The position numbers and the translations under genes were made by a program. Shown in pieces: positions 14,076 through 26,000 of a DNA stretch of 64,000 bases (the first letter of the stretch is position 1; every line of letters begins with the position of its first letter). A model generated the notes under the pieces. It made no database searches, was not told the origin of the DNA, and was given only the letters and a program-made list of their open reading frames with translations. The stretch comes from Pelagomonas calceolata (lineage: Eukaryota): contig CAKKNE010000004.1 of the NCBI GenBank assembly GCA_918797485.1, forward strand, positions 1,674,001 to 1,738,000, in the 5' to 3' direction.

Positions 14076-17000
14076 AGTGGACGCTGTGCACTCAAAGCCG
14101 TGCACGTAGCCAGACGAAAATGTTACCCCTGAGTTGCCACTCAATGTGAGGCCTGTGCTACTTGCAACTGAGATACCGGAGGATGCTATTAGCGATGTCG
14201 TTTGATGTTGACTAGAGATTGAACTAGAAGAGATCGTGAGAACAGCATTCGAGTCCTGTTTCAAGCACACTTGACCATCACCAACAGATCCACGACCAGC
14301 ATTGATGTACGCTCCCCCTCCGGCTACACTACCAATGGTTGAGCCTGCAAATAGATGGACTGAACCACCAGTGCCTGATGTTCCGCTACCAGCAGATAGG
14401 CTGACAAGACCGCTGCAGCCACCAGTTGCTGAACCAGAGCCAATAAGAATCACACCACTGTTACCAATCAGCGCGCTCCCCGAACTGAAGACAAGTTTTC
14501 CACTTGCCCCAGATACACCTGTATTTGCGCTAGTGATACTAATAATACCGGTGCTTGTTGCAGTACCCTCACCCGTGCCACAACACAAATCTCCACCTGT
14601 CTTCTTAGTGCTACGTGCTGCTGCCAGTATCATATTGCCACCCTCTCCAGATGTGCCACTCCCCGTTGATATTAGAATGCGACCAGCCTGACCGGCCACC
14701 GCTGCACCTGTCCCAAAGGAGAGTCCACCACTATTTCCTGTTGTTGCTATACCACTGCTGAAGGCAAGAGGTCCACTCGCACCCACTGCACCTGCATTGG
14801 CGCTCAGAAATACCACGATGCCGCTGCTAGAGGCAGAACCTCCTCCTGAGACTAATTTAGTACTTCCACCCGTTGCTATTGCACTACGGCTGGAAGCAAC
14901 TGACACGAATCCGCCTGTACCGCTTCTTCCGCTACCGACATGAAGCCGCGTTGAACCACCACGTCCGCCTGTACTAGCACCAGTTGCAAGCAACAGAGCA
15001 CCGCTGTTGCCTGCCTTCGACAATCCCGTACTGAAACTCAAGGCCCCACTTGCCCCATTCGCACCTGCGTTCATTGTGAATACTAATATTGCTCCGCTAC
15101 TAGTGGTGGTTCCCTCGCCATTGGAAGCAACCGCAGGGCCACCCGTATTGGCCATGCCACATCCAGCAGATAGAATCAAAATTCCACCTACACCGCTGGA
15201 GCCACTACCAACACTTATCGACACACCACCTGCGGAGCCGCCTGTCGACGATCCTGATTGCCAAAAACAACTACCGCTGTTTCCTTGAATACCATGACCA
15301 GAGCTGAATGCCAGACAACCACTGCTACCAAGTGCCCCTGTATTAGAGCTGATTACTGCTATCACGCCACTGCTGGAGGCTGTACCCTCCGCACCATCAA
15401 TGACAGTAGATCCGCCAGTCGATCTCATAGACCGGCCTGCTACGCATGAAAATGTACTTCCTATTCCGGAATTTCCACTTCCAACGAGCACGTGTATATT
15501 GCCACCTCGACCAGCTGTGGCAGGTGAAGTGCCAATGAGAACAGGGCCACTATTTCCCAGAGAGCTAGATCCAGTGCTAAACACCAAATGTCCGCTCGAC
15601 CCATCTGTTGCCATATTTGCGCTGGATGTGATGATTGACCCACTACTTGTGCTGTCGCCAGGATCATTTGAGATCAAGACAAAGCCGCCCGAGCCTGTTG
15701 CACCATTGCCTCCAGTAAGTGTAACTAGACCACCAATCCCGTGCATGCCACTACCCCCCCCTCCAGTAAGTGAAGTCCTGCCACCTCCGGAACCTTGACC
15801 TCCCGTGACCCCAATAAAACCCCCTATTCCTGAATATCCACTTCCCGCGTAGAGGCTTATCCTGCCAGCAGCGCTACTGGAGACCCCACCTGTCACAACA
15901 TTCATCACACCTGTGTTGCCACCTTTCGCCGATCCCGAGGCGAACCTGAGCGCGCCGCTGGCGCCGGTCGCGCCCGCATTTGCGCTCGAGATGCGGATCG
16001 CGCCGCCGCTCGCCGCGGTGCCCTCGCCGGTCCTGGCCAGGACCGACCCTCCGCTCGTCGCCGCGCTCCTGCCGGAGGCCAGTTGCGTCGACCCGCCGCC
16101 CCCGCTCGTCCCGCTCCCGACGCTCACCGTCGCCGCTCCGCCGCGGCCGGCGGTGCCTGATCCCGAGCCCAGCAGCACCGCGCCAGAGTTGCCGGTCTGC
16201 GACGTTCCGGAGCTGAAGACCAGGCGCCCGCTCGACCCGGCGCCTCCGGCGTTCCCGCTCGCCACGCGCACGGCGCCGCCGCTCGCCGCGCTGCCCTCGC
16301 CGCCCGTCGCCGCGCAGGCGCCTCCGGTCGCCGCGGTGCTCGCGCCACCGCGCGCGCAGACGGCGCCGCCCGCGCCGCTGGTGCCGCTGCCGACCGCCGC
16401 CGAGACCGCGCCGCCCCTCCCGCCGGTCGCGCCGCCAGAGCCAAAGCTCGCGGCCCCGCTGTTCCCGGACTTGGGCGCCCCCGAGGTAAACACCAGGCGC
16501 CCGCTGCCTCCGCTCGCGCCGCCTTTCGCGCTCGCCACCTCCACGGCGCCGCTCGACGCCGCTGTTCCCTCTCCTCCCAGGGCGACTGCGCGTCCTCCGG
16601 TCCCCTTTGCCCGGCCCCGACCGCGTCGCGGCCCGCGACGAGGGCCAGGCCACCTCCGGCCCCGGACGTCCCGCTGCCCGCGGTCGCAACCCGCGACCGC
16701 CGCGGCCCGCCGTCGCCGTTCGGAGCCCAGGACCGCGCCGCCGCTGTTGCCCGTCGCGCCCGGTGCCCGAGCTGAACGCCAGACGTCCGCTACTACCGCC
16801 GCCGCCAGCGTTCGCGCGCGCGCACGCGCACGACGCCGCTGCTCGTCCCGGCTCCGCGGCCCGAGGCCACGCCAGCGCCGCCGCCGGTCGCTTCCGTGCT
16901 GGACCCGGCTTGCAACACAAGGACGCCGCCGGCAGAGCTCGTCCGCTCCCGATCACGACTCGCACCGCGCCGCCGCGACCAGCGGTCGACGCGCCCGCCC

Positions 17001-20000
17001 CGGCGCAAATCCGCCCGCTGTTGCCACCTTTCGAGGACCCGAGGCGAACCTGAGCGCGCCGCTGGCGCCGGTCGCGCCCGCATTTGCGCTCGAGATGCGG
17101 ATCGCGCCGCCGCCGCCGCGGTGCCCTCGCCGGTCCTGGCCAGGACCGACCCTCCGCTCGTCGCCGCGCTCCCGCCGGAGGCCAGCTGCGTCGACCCGCC
17201 GCCCCCGCTCGTCCCGCTCCCGACGCTCACCGTCGCCGCTCCGCCGCGGCCGGCGGTGCCGATCCCGAGCCCAGCAGCACCGCGCCAGAGTTGCCGGTCT
17301 GCGACGTTCCGGAGCTGAAGACCAGGCGCCCGCTCGACCCGGCGCCTCCGGCGTTCCCCGCCGCCAGCGCGCACGGCGCCGCCGCTCGCCGCTGCTGCCC
17401 TCGCCGCCCGTCGCGCGCAGGCGCTCCGTCGCCCGCGGTGCTCGCGCCACAGCGCGCGCAGACGGCGCCGCCAGCGCCGCTGGTGCCGCTGCCGACCGCC
17501 GCCGAGACCGCGCCGCCCCTCCCGCCGGTCGCGCCGCCAGAGCCAAAGCTCGCGGCCCCGCTGTTCCCGGACTTGGGCGCCCCCGAGGTAAACACCAGGC
17601 GCCCGCTGCCTCCGCTCGCGCCGCCTTTCGCGCTCGCCACCTCCACGGCGCCGCTGACGCCGCTGTTCCCTCTCCTCCCAGGGCGACTGCGCGTCCTCCG
17701 GTCCCCTTTGCCCCGGCCCCGACCGCGTCGCGCCCGCGCGAGGGCCAGGCCACCTCCGGCCCCGGACGTCCCGCTGCCCGCGGTCGCAACCGCGCGACCG
17801 CCGCGGCCCGCCGTCGCCGTTCGGAGCCCAGGACCGCGCCGCCGCTGTTGCCCGTCGCGCCGGTGCCCGAGCTGAACGCCAGACTTCCGCTACTACCGCC
17901 GCCGCCAGCGTTCGCGCGCGACGCGCACGACGCCGCTGCTCGTCCCGGCTCCGCGGCCCGAGGCCACGCCCGCGCCGCCGCCGGTCGCTTCCGTGCTGGA
18001 CCCGGCTTGCAACACAAGGGCGCCGCCCGGCAGAGCCCGCCCTGCTCGCTCGATCACGACGCACCGCGCCGCCGCGACCGCGGTCGACGCGCCCGTCCCG
18101 GCGCAAATCCGCCCGCTGTTGCCACCCTTCGAGGACCCCGAGGCGAACCTGAGCGCGCCGCTGGCGCCGGTCGCGCCCGCATTTGCGCTCGAGATGCGGA
18201 TCGCGCCGCCGCTCGCCGCGGTGCCCTCGCCGGTCCTGGCCAGGACCGACCCTCCGCTCGTCGCCGCGCTCCCGCCGGAGGCCAGCTGCGTCGACCCGCC
18301 GCCCCGCCGTCGTCCGCTCCCGACGCTCACCGTCGCCGCTCCGCCGCGGCCGGCGGTGCCCGATCCGAGCCCAGCAGCACCGCGCCAGAGTTGCCGGTCT
18401 GCGACGTTCCGGAGCTGAAGACCAGGCGCCCGCTCGACCTGGCGCCTCCGGCGTTCCGCCGCCACGCGCACGGCGCCGCCGCTCGCCGCGCTGCCCTCGC
18501 CGCCCGTCGCCGCGCAGGCGCCTCCGGTCGCCGCGGTGCTCGCGCCACCGCGCGCGCAGACGGCGCCGCCCGCGCCGCTGGTGCCGCTGCCGACCGCCGC
18601 CGAGACCGCGCCACCCCTCCCGCCGGTCGCGCCGCCAGAGCCAAAGCTCGCGGCCCCGCTGTTCCCGGACTTGGACGTCCCCGAGGTAAACACCAGGCGC
18701 CCGCTGCCTCCGCTCGCGCCGCCTTTCGCGCTCGCCACCTCCACGGCGCCGCTCGACGCCGCTGTTCCCTCTCCTCCCAGGGCGACTGCGCGTCCTCCGG
18801 TCCCCTTCGCCCCGGCCCCGACCGCGTCGCGGCCCGCGACGAGGGCCAGGCCACCTCCGGCCCCGGACGTCCCGCTGCCCGCGGTCGCAACCGCGCGACC
18901 GCCGCGGCCCGCCGTCGCCGTTCGAGCCCAGGACCGCGCCGCCGCTGTTGCCCGTCGCGCGGTGCCCGAGCTGAACGCCAGACTTCCGCTACTACCGCCG
19001 CCGCCAGCGTTCGCGCGCGCGACGCGCACGACGCCGCTGCTCGTCCCGGCTCCGCGGCCCGAGGCCACGCCCGCGCCGCCGCTGGTCGCTTCCGTGCTGG
19101 ACCCGGCTTGCAACACAAGGGCGCCGCCGGCAGAGCTCGTCCCGCTCCCGATCACGACTCGCACCGCCCGCGACCGCGGTCGACGCGCCCGCCCCGGCGC
19201 AAATCCGCCCGCTGTTGCCACCTTTCGAGGACCCCGAGGCGAACCTGAGCGCGCCGCTGGCGCCGGTCGCGCCCGCATTTGCGCTCGAGATGCGGATCGC
19301 CGCCGCTCGCCGCGGTGCCCTCGCCGGTCCTGGCCAGGACCGACCCTCCGCTCGTCGCCGCGCTCCCGCCGGAGGCCAGCTGCGTCGACCCGCCGCCCCC
19401 GCTCGTCCCGCTCCCGACGCTCACCGTCGCCGCTCCGCCGCGGCCGGCGGTGCCCGATCCCGAGCCCAGCAGCACCGCGCCAGAGTTGCCGGTCTGCGAC
19501 GTTCCGGAGCTGAAGACCAGGCGCCCGCTCGACCCGGCGCCTCCGGCGTTCCCGCTCGCCACGCGCACGGCGCCGCCGCTCGCCGCGCTGCCCTCGCCGC
19601 CCGTCGCCGCGCAGGCGCCTCCGGTCGCCGCGGTGCTCGCGCCACCGCGCGCGCAGACGGCGCCGCCCGCGCCGCTGGTGCCGCTGCCGACCGCCGCCGA
19701 GACCGCGCCGCCCCTCCCGCCGGTCGCGCCGCCAGAGCCAAAGCTCGCGGCCCCGCTGTTCCCGGACTTGGACGTCCCCGAGGTAAACACCAGGCGCCCG
19801 CTGCCTCCGCTCGCGCCGCCTTTCGCGCTCGCCACCTCCACGGCGCCGCTCGACGCCGCTGTTCCCTCTCCTCCCAGGGCGACTGCGCGTCCTCCGGTCC
19901 CCTTTGCCCCGGCCCCGACCGCGTCGCGGCCCGCGACGAGGGCCAGGCCACCTCCGGCCCCGGACGTCCCGCTGCCCGCGGTCGCAACCGCGCGACCGCC

Positions 20001-23000
20001 GCGGCCCGCCGTCGCCGTTCCGGAGCCCAGGACCGCGCCGCCGCTGTTGCCCGTCGCGCCGGTGCCCGAGCTGAACGCCAGACGTCCGCTACTACCGCCG
20101 CCGCCAGCGTTCGCGCCGCGCACGCGCACGACGCCGCTGCTCGTCCCGGCTCCGCGGCCCGAGGCCACGCCCGCGCCGCCGCCGGTCGCTTCCGTGCTGG
20201 ACCCGGCTTGCAACACAAGGACGCCGCCGGCAGAGCTCGTCCCGCTCCCGATCACGACTCGCACCGCGCCGCCGCGACCCGCGGTCGACGCGCCCGTCCC
20301 GGCGCAAATCCGCCCGCTGTTGCCACCCTTCGAGGACCCCGAGGCGAACCTGAGCGCGCCGCTGGCGCCGGTCGCGCCCGCATTTGCGCTCGAGATGCGG
20401 ATCGCGCCGCTGCTCGCCGCGGTGCCCTCGCCGGTCCTGGCCAGGACCGACCCTCCGCTCGTCGCCGCGCTCCCGCCGGAGGCCAGCTGCGTCGACCCGC
20501 CGCCCCCGCTCGTCCCGCTCCCGACGCTCACCGTCGCCGCTCCGCCGCGGCCGGCGGTGCCCGATCCCGAGCCCAGCAGCACCGCGCCAGAGTTGCCGGT
20601 CTGCGACGTTCCGGAGCTGAAGACCAGGCGCCCGCTCGACCCGGCGCCTCCGGCGTTCCCGCTCGCCACGCGCACGGCGCCGCCGCTCGCCGCGCTGCCC
20701 TCGCCGCCCGTCGCCGCGCAGGCGCCTCCGGTCGCCGCGGTGCTCGCGCCACCGCGCGCGCAGACGGCGCCGCCCGCGCCGCTGGTGCCGCTGCCGACCG
20801 CCGCCGAGACCGCGCCGCCCCTCCCGCCGGTCGCGCCGCCAGAGCCAAAGCTCGCGGCCCCGCTGTTCCCGGACTTGGACGTCCCCGAGGTAAACACCAG
20901 GCGCCCGCTGCCTCCGCTCGCGCCGCCTTTCGCGCTCGCCACCTCCACGGCGCCGCTCGACGCCGCTGTTCCCTCTCCTCCCAGGGCGACTGCGCGTCCT
21001 CCGGTCCCCTTTGCCCCGGCCCCGACCACGTCGCGGCCCGCGACGAGGGCCAGGCCACCTCCGGCCCCGGACGTCCCGCTGCCCGCGGTCGCAACCGCGC
21101 GACCGCCGCGGCCCGCCGTCGCCGTTCCGGAGCCCAGGACCGCGCCGCCGCTGTTGCCCGTCGCGCCGGTGCCCGAGCTGAACGCCAGACGTCCGCTACT
21201 ACCGCCGCCGCCAGCGTTCGCGCCGCGCGCGCGCGCACGACGCCGCTGCTCGTCCCGGCTCCGCGGCCCGAGGCCACGCGCCAGCGCCGCCGCCGGTCGC
21301 TTCCGTGCTGGACCCGGCTTGCAACACAAGGACGCCGCCGGCGAGCTCGTCCGCTCCCGATCACGACTCGCACCGCGCCGCCGCGACCAGCGGTCGACGC
21401 GCCCGTCCCGGCGCAAATCCGCCCGCTGTTGCCACCTTTCGAGGACCCCGAGGCAAACCTGAGCGCGCCGCTGGCGCCGGTCGCGCCCGCATTTGCGCTC
21501 GAGATGCGGATCGCGCCGCTGCTCGCCGCGGTGCCCTCGCCGGTCCTGGCCAGGACCGACCCTCCGCTCGTCGCCGCGCTCCCGCCGGAGGCCAGCTGCG
21601 TCGACCCGCCGCCCCCGCTCGTCGTCCGCTCCCGACGCTCACCGTCGCCGCTCCGCCGCGGCCGGCGGTGCCCGATCCCGAGCCCAGCAGCACCGCGCCA
21701 GAGTTGCCGGTCTGCGACGTTCCGGAGCTGAAGACCAGGCGCCCGCTCGACCCGGCGCCTCCGGCGTTCCGCTCGCCCGCGCGCGCGGCGCCGCCGCCGC
21801 GCGCTGCCCTCGCCGCCCGTCGCCGCGCAGGCGCCTCCGGTCGCCGCGGTGCTCGCGCCACCGCGCGCGCAGACGGCGCCGCCCGCGCCGCTGGTGCCGC
21901 TGCCGACCGCCGCCGAGACCGCGCCGCCCCTCCCGCCGGTCGCGCCGCCAGAGCCAAAGCTCGCGGCCCCGCTGTTCCCGGACTTGGCGTCCCCGAGGTA
22001 AACACCAGGCGCCCGCTGCCTCCGCTCGCGCCGCCTTTCGCGCTCGCCACCTCCACGGCGCCGCTCGACGCCGCTGTTCCCTCTCCTCCCAGGGCGACTG
22101 CGCGTCCTCCGGTCCCCTTTGCCCCGGCCCGACCACGTCGCGGCCGCGCGACGAGGGCCAGGCCACCTCCGGCCCCGGACGTCCCGCTGCCGCGGTCGCA
22201 ACCGCGCGACCGCCGCTGACCCGCCGTCGCCGTTCGAGCCCAGGACGCGCCGCCGCTGTTGCCCGTCGCGCCCGGTGCCCGAGCTGAACGCCAGACGTCC
22301 GCTACTACCGCCGCCGCCAGCGTTCGCGCGCGCACGCGCACGACGCCGCTGCTCGTCCCGGCTCCGCGGCCCGAGGCCACGCCAGCGCCGCCGCCGGTCG
22401 CTTCCGTGCTGGACCCGGCTTGCAACACAAGGGCGCCGCCGGCAGAGCTCGCCTGTCCGCTCCCGATCACGACGCACCGCGCCGCCGCGACCCGCGGTCG
22501 ACGCGCCCGTCCCGGCGCAAATCCGCCCGCTGTTGCCACCCTTCGAGGACCCCGAGGCGAACCTGGCCGCTGGCGCCGGTCGCGCCCGCATTTGCGCTCG
22601 AGATGCGGATCGCGCCGCTGCTCGCCGCGGTGCCCTCGCCGGTCCTGGCCCGGACCGACCCTCCGCTCGTCGCCGCGCTCCCGCCGGAGGCCAGCTGCGT
22701 CGACCCGCCGCCCCGCTCGTCCCGCTCCCGACGCTCACCGTCGCCGCTCCGCCGCGGCCGGCGGTGCCCGATCCCGAGCCCAGCAGCACCGCGCCAGAGT
22801 TGCCGGTCTGCGACGTTCCGGAGCTGAAGACCAGGCGCCCGCTCGACCCGGCGCCTCCGGCGTTCCCGCTCGCCACGCGCACGGCGCCGCCGCTCGCCGC
22901 GCTGCCCTCGCCGCCCGTCGCCGCGCAGGCGCCTCCGGTCGCCGCGGTGCTCGCGCCACCGCGCGCGCAGACGGCGCCGCCCGCGCCGCTGGTGCCGCTG

Positions 23001-26000
23001 CCGACCGCCGCCGAGACCGCGCCGCCCCTCCCGCCGGTCGCGCCGCCAGAGCCAAAGCTCGCGGCCCCGCTGTTCCCGGACTTGGACGTCCCCGAGGTAA
23101 ACACCAGGCGCCCGCTGCCTCCGCTCGCGCCGCCTTTCGCGCTCGCCACCTCCACGGCGCCGCTCGACGCCGCTGTTCCCTCTCCTCCCAGGGCGACTGC
23201 GCGTCCTCCGGTCCCCTTTGCCCCGGCCCCGACCGCGTCGCGGCCCGCGACGAGGGCCAGGCCACCTCCGGCCCCGGACGTCCCGCTGCCCGCGGTCGCA
23301 ACCGCGCGACCGCCGCTGGCCCGCCGTCGCCGTTCCGGAGCCCAGGACCGCGCCGCCGCTGTTGCCCGTCGCGCCGGTGCCCGAGCTGAACGCCAGACGT
23401 CCGCTACTACCGCCGCCGCCAGCGTTCGCGCCGCGCACGCGCACGACGCCGCTGCTCGTCCCGGCTCCGCGGCCCGAGGCCACGCCCGCGCCGCCGCCGG
23501 TCGCTTCCGTGCTGGACCCGGCTTGCAACACAAGGACGCCGCCGGCAGAGCTCGTCCCGCTCCCGATCACGACTCGCACCGCGCCGCCGCGACCCGCGGT
23601 CGACGCGCCCGTCCCGGCGCAAATCCGCCCGCTGTTGCCACCTTTCGAGGACCCCGAGGCGAACCTGAGCGCGCCGCTGGCGCCGGTCGCGCCCGCATTT
23701 GCGCTCGAGATGCGGATCGCGCCGCCGCTCGCCGCGGTGCCCTCGCCGGTCCTGGCCCGGACCGACCCTCCGCTCGTCGCCGCGCTCCCGCCGGAGGCCA
23801 GCTGCGTCGACCCGCCGCCCCCGCTCGTCCCGCTCCCGACGCTCACCGTCGCCGCTCCGCCGCGGCCGGCGGTGCCCGATCCCGAGCCCAGCAGCACCGC
23901 GCCAGAGTTGCCGGTCTGCGACGTTCCGGAGCTGAAGACCAGGCGCCCGCTCGACCCGGCGCCTCCGGCGTTCCCGCTCGCCACGCGCACGCGGCGCCGC
24001 CGCCGCCGCGCTGCCCCGCCGCCGTCGTCGCCGCGCAGGCGCCTCCGGTCGCCGCGGTGCTCGCGCCACCGCGCGCGCAGACGGCGCCGCCCGCGCCGCT
24101 GGTGCCGCTGCCGACCGCCGCCGAGACCGCGCCGCCCCTCCCGCCGGTCGCGCCGCCAGAGCCAAAGCTCGCGGCCCCTGCTGTTCCCGGACTTGGACGT
24201 CCCGAGGTAAACACCAGGCGCCCGCTGCCTCCGCTCGCGCCGCCTTTCGCGCTCGCCACCTCCACGGCGCCGCTCGACGCCGCTGTTCCCTCTCCTCCCA
24301 GGGCGACTGCGCGTCCTCCGGTCCCCTTTGCCCCGGCCCGACCCGCGTCGCGGCCCGCGACGAGGGCCAGGCCACCTCCGGCCCCGGACGTCCCGCTGCC
24401 CGCGGTCGCAGCAGCGCGACCGCCGCGGCCCGCCGTCGCCGTTCGGAGCCCAGGACCGCGCCGCCGCTGTTGCCCGTCGCGCCGGTGCCCGAGCTGAACG
24501 CCAGACGTCCGCTACTACCGCCGCCGCCAGCGTTCGCGCCGCGCACGCGCACGACGCCGCTGCTCGTCCCGGCTCCGCGGCCCGAGGCCACGCCCGCGCC
24601 GCCGCCGGTCGCTTCCGTGCTGGACCCGGCTTGCAACACAAGGACGCCGCCGGCAGAGCTCGTCCCGCTCCCGATCACGACTCGCACCGCGCCGCCGCGA
24701 CCAGCGGTCGACGCGCCCGTCCCGGCGCAAATCCGCCCGCTGTTGCCACCTTTCGAGGACCCCGAGGCAAACCTGAGCGCGCCGCTGGCGCCGGTCGCGC
24801 CCGCATTTGCGCTCGAGATGCGGATCGCGCCGCTGCTCGCCGCGGTGCCCTCGCCGGTCCTGGCCCGGACCGACCCTCCGCTCGTCGCCGCGCTCCCGCC
24901 GGAGGCCAGCTGCGTCGACCCGCCGCCCCCGCTCGTCCCGCTCCCGACGCTCACCGTCGCCGCTCCGCCGCGGCCGGCGGTGCCCGATCCGAGCCCAGCA
25001 GCACCGCGCCAGAGTTGCCGGTCTGCGGCGTTCGGAGCTGAAGACCAGGCGCCCGCTCGACCCGGCGCCTCCGGCGTTCCCGCTCGCCACGCGCACGGCG
25101 CCGCCGCTCGCCGCGCCGCCCTCGCCGCCCGTCGCCGCGCGGCGCCTCCGGTCGCCGCGGTGCTCGCGCCACCGCGGCGCGCAGACGGCGCCGCCCGCGC
25201 CGCTGGTGCCGCTGCCGACCGCCGCCGAGACCGCGCCGCCCCTCCCGCCGGTCGCGCCGCCAGAGCCAAAGCTCGCGGCCCCGCTGTTCCCGGACTTGGG
25301 CGCCCCCGAGGTAAACACCAGGCGCCCGCTGCCTCCGCTCGCGCCGCCTTTCGCGCTCGCCACCTCCACGGCGCCGCTCGACGCCGCTGTTCCCTCTCCT
25401 CCCAGGGCGACTGCGCGTCCTCCGGTCCCCTTTGCCCCGGCCCGACCACGTCGCGGCCCGCGACGAGGGCCAGGCCACCTCCGGCCCCGGACGTCCCGCT
25501 GCCCGCGGTCGCAACCGCGCGACCGCCGCGGCCCGCCGTCGCCGTTCCGGAGCCCAGGACCGCGCCGCCGCTGTTGCCCGTCGCGCCGGTGCCCGAGCTG
25601 AACGCCAGACGTCCGCTACTACCGCCGCCGCCAGCGTTCGCGCGCGCACGCGCGCACGACGCCGCTGCTCGTCCCGGCTCCGCGGCCCGAGGCCACGCCC
25701 GCGCCGCCGCCGGTCGCTTCCGTGCTGGACCCGGCTTGCAACACAAGGACGCCGCCGGCAGAGCTCGTCCCGCTCCCGATCACGACTTCGCACCGCGCCG
25801 CGCGACCGACCCGCGGTCGACGCGCCCGTCCCGGCGCAAATCCGCCCGCTGTTGCCACCCTTCGAGGACCCCGAGGCGAACCTGAGCGCGCCGCTGGCGC
25901 CGGTCGCGCCCGCATTTGCGCTCGAGATGCGGATCGCGCCGCCGCTCGCCGCGGTGCCCTCGCCGGTCCTGGCCAGGACCGACCCTCCGCTCGTCGCCGC

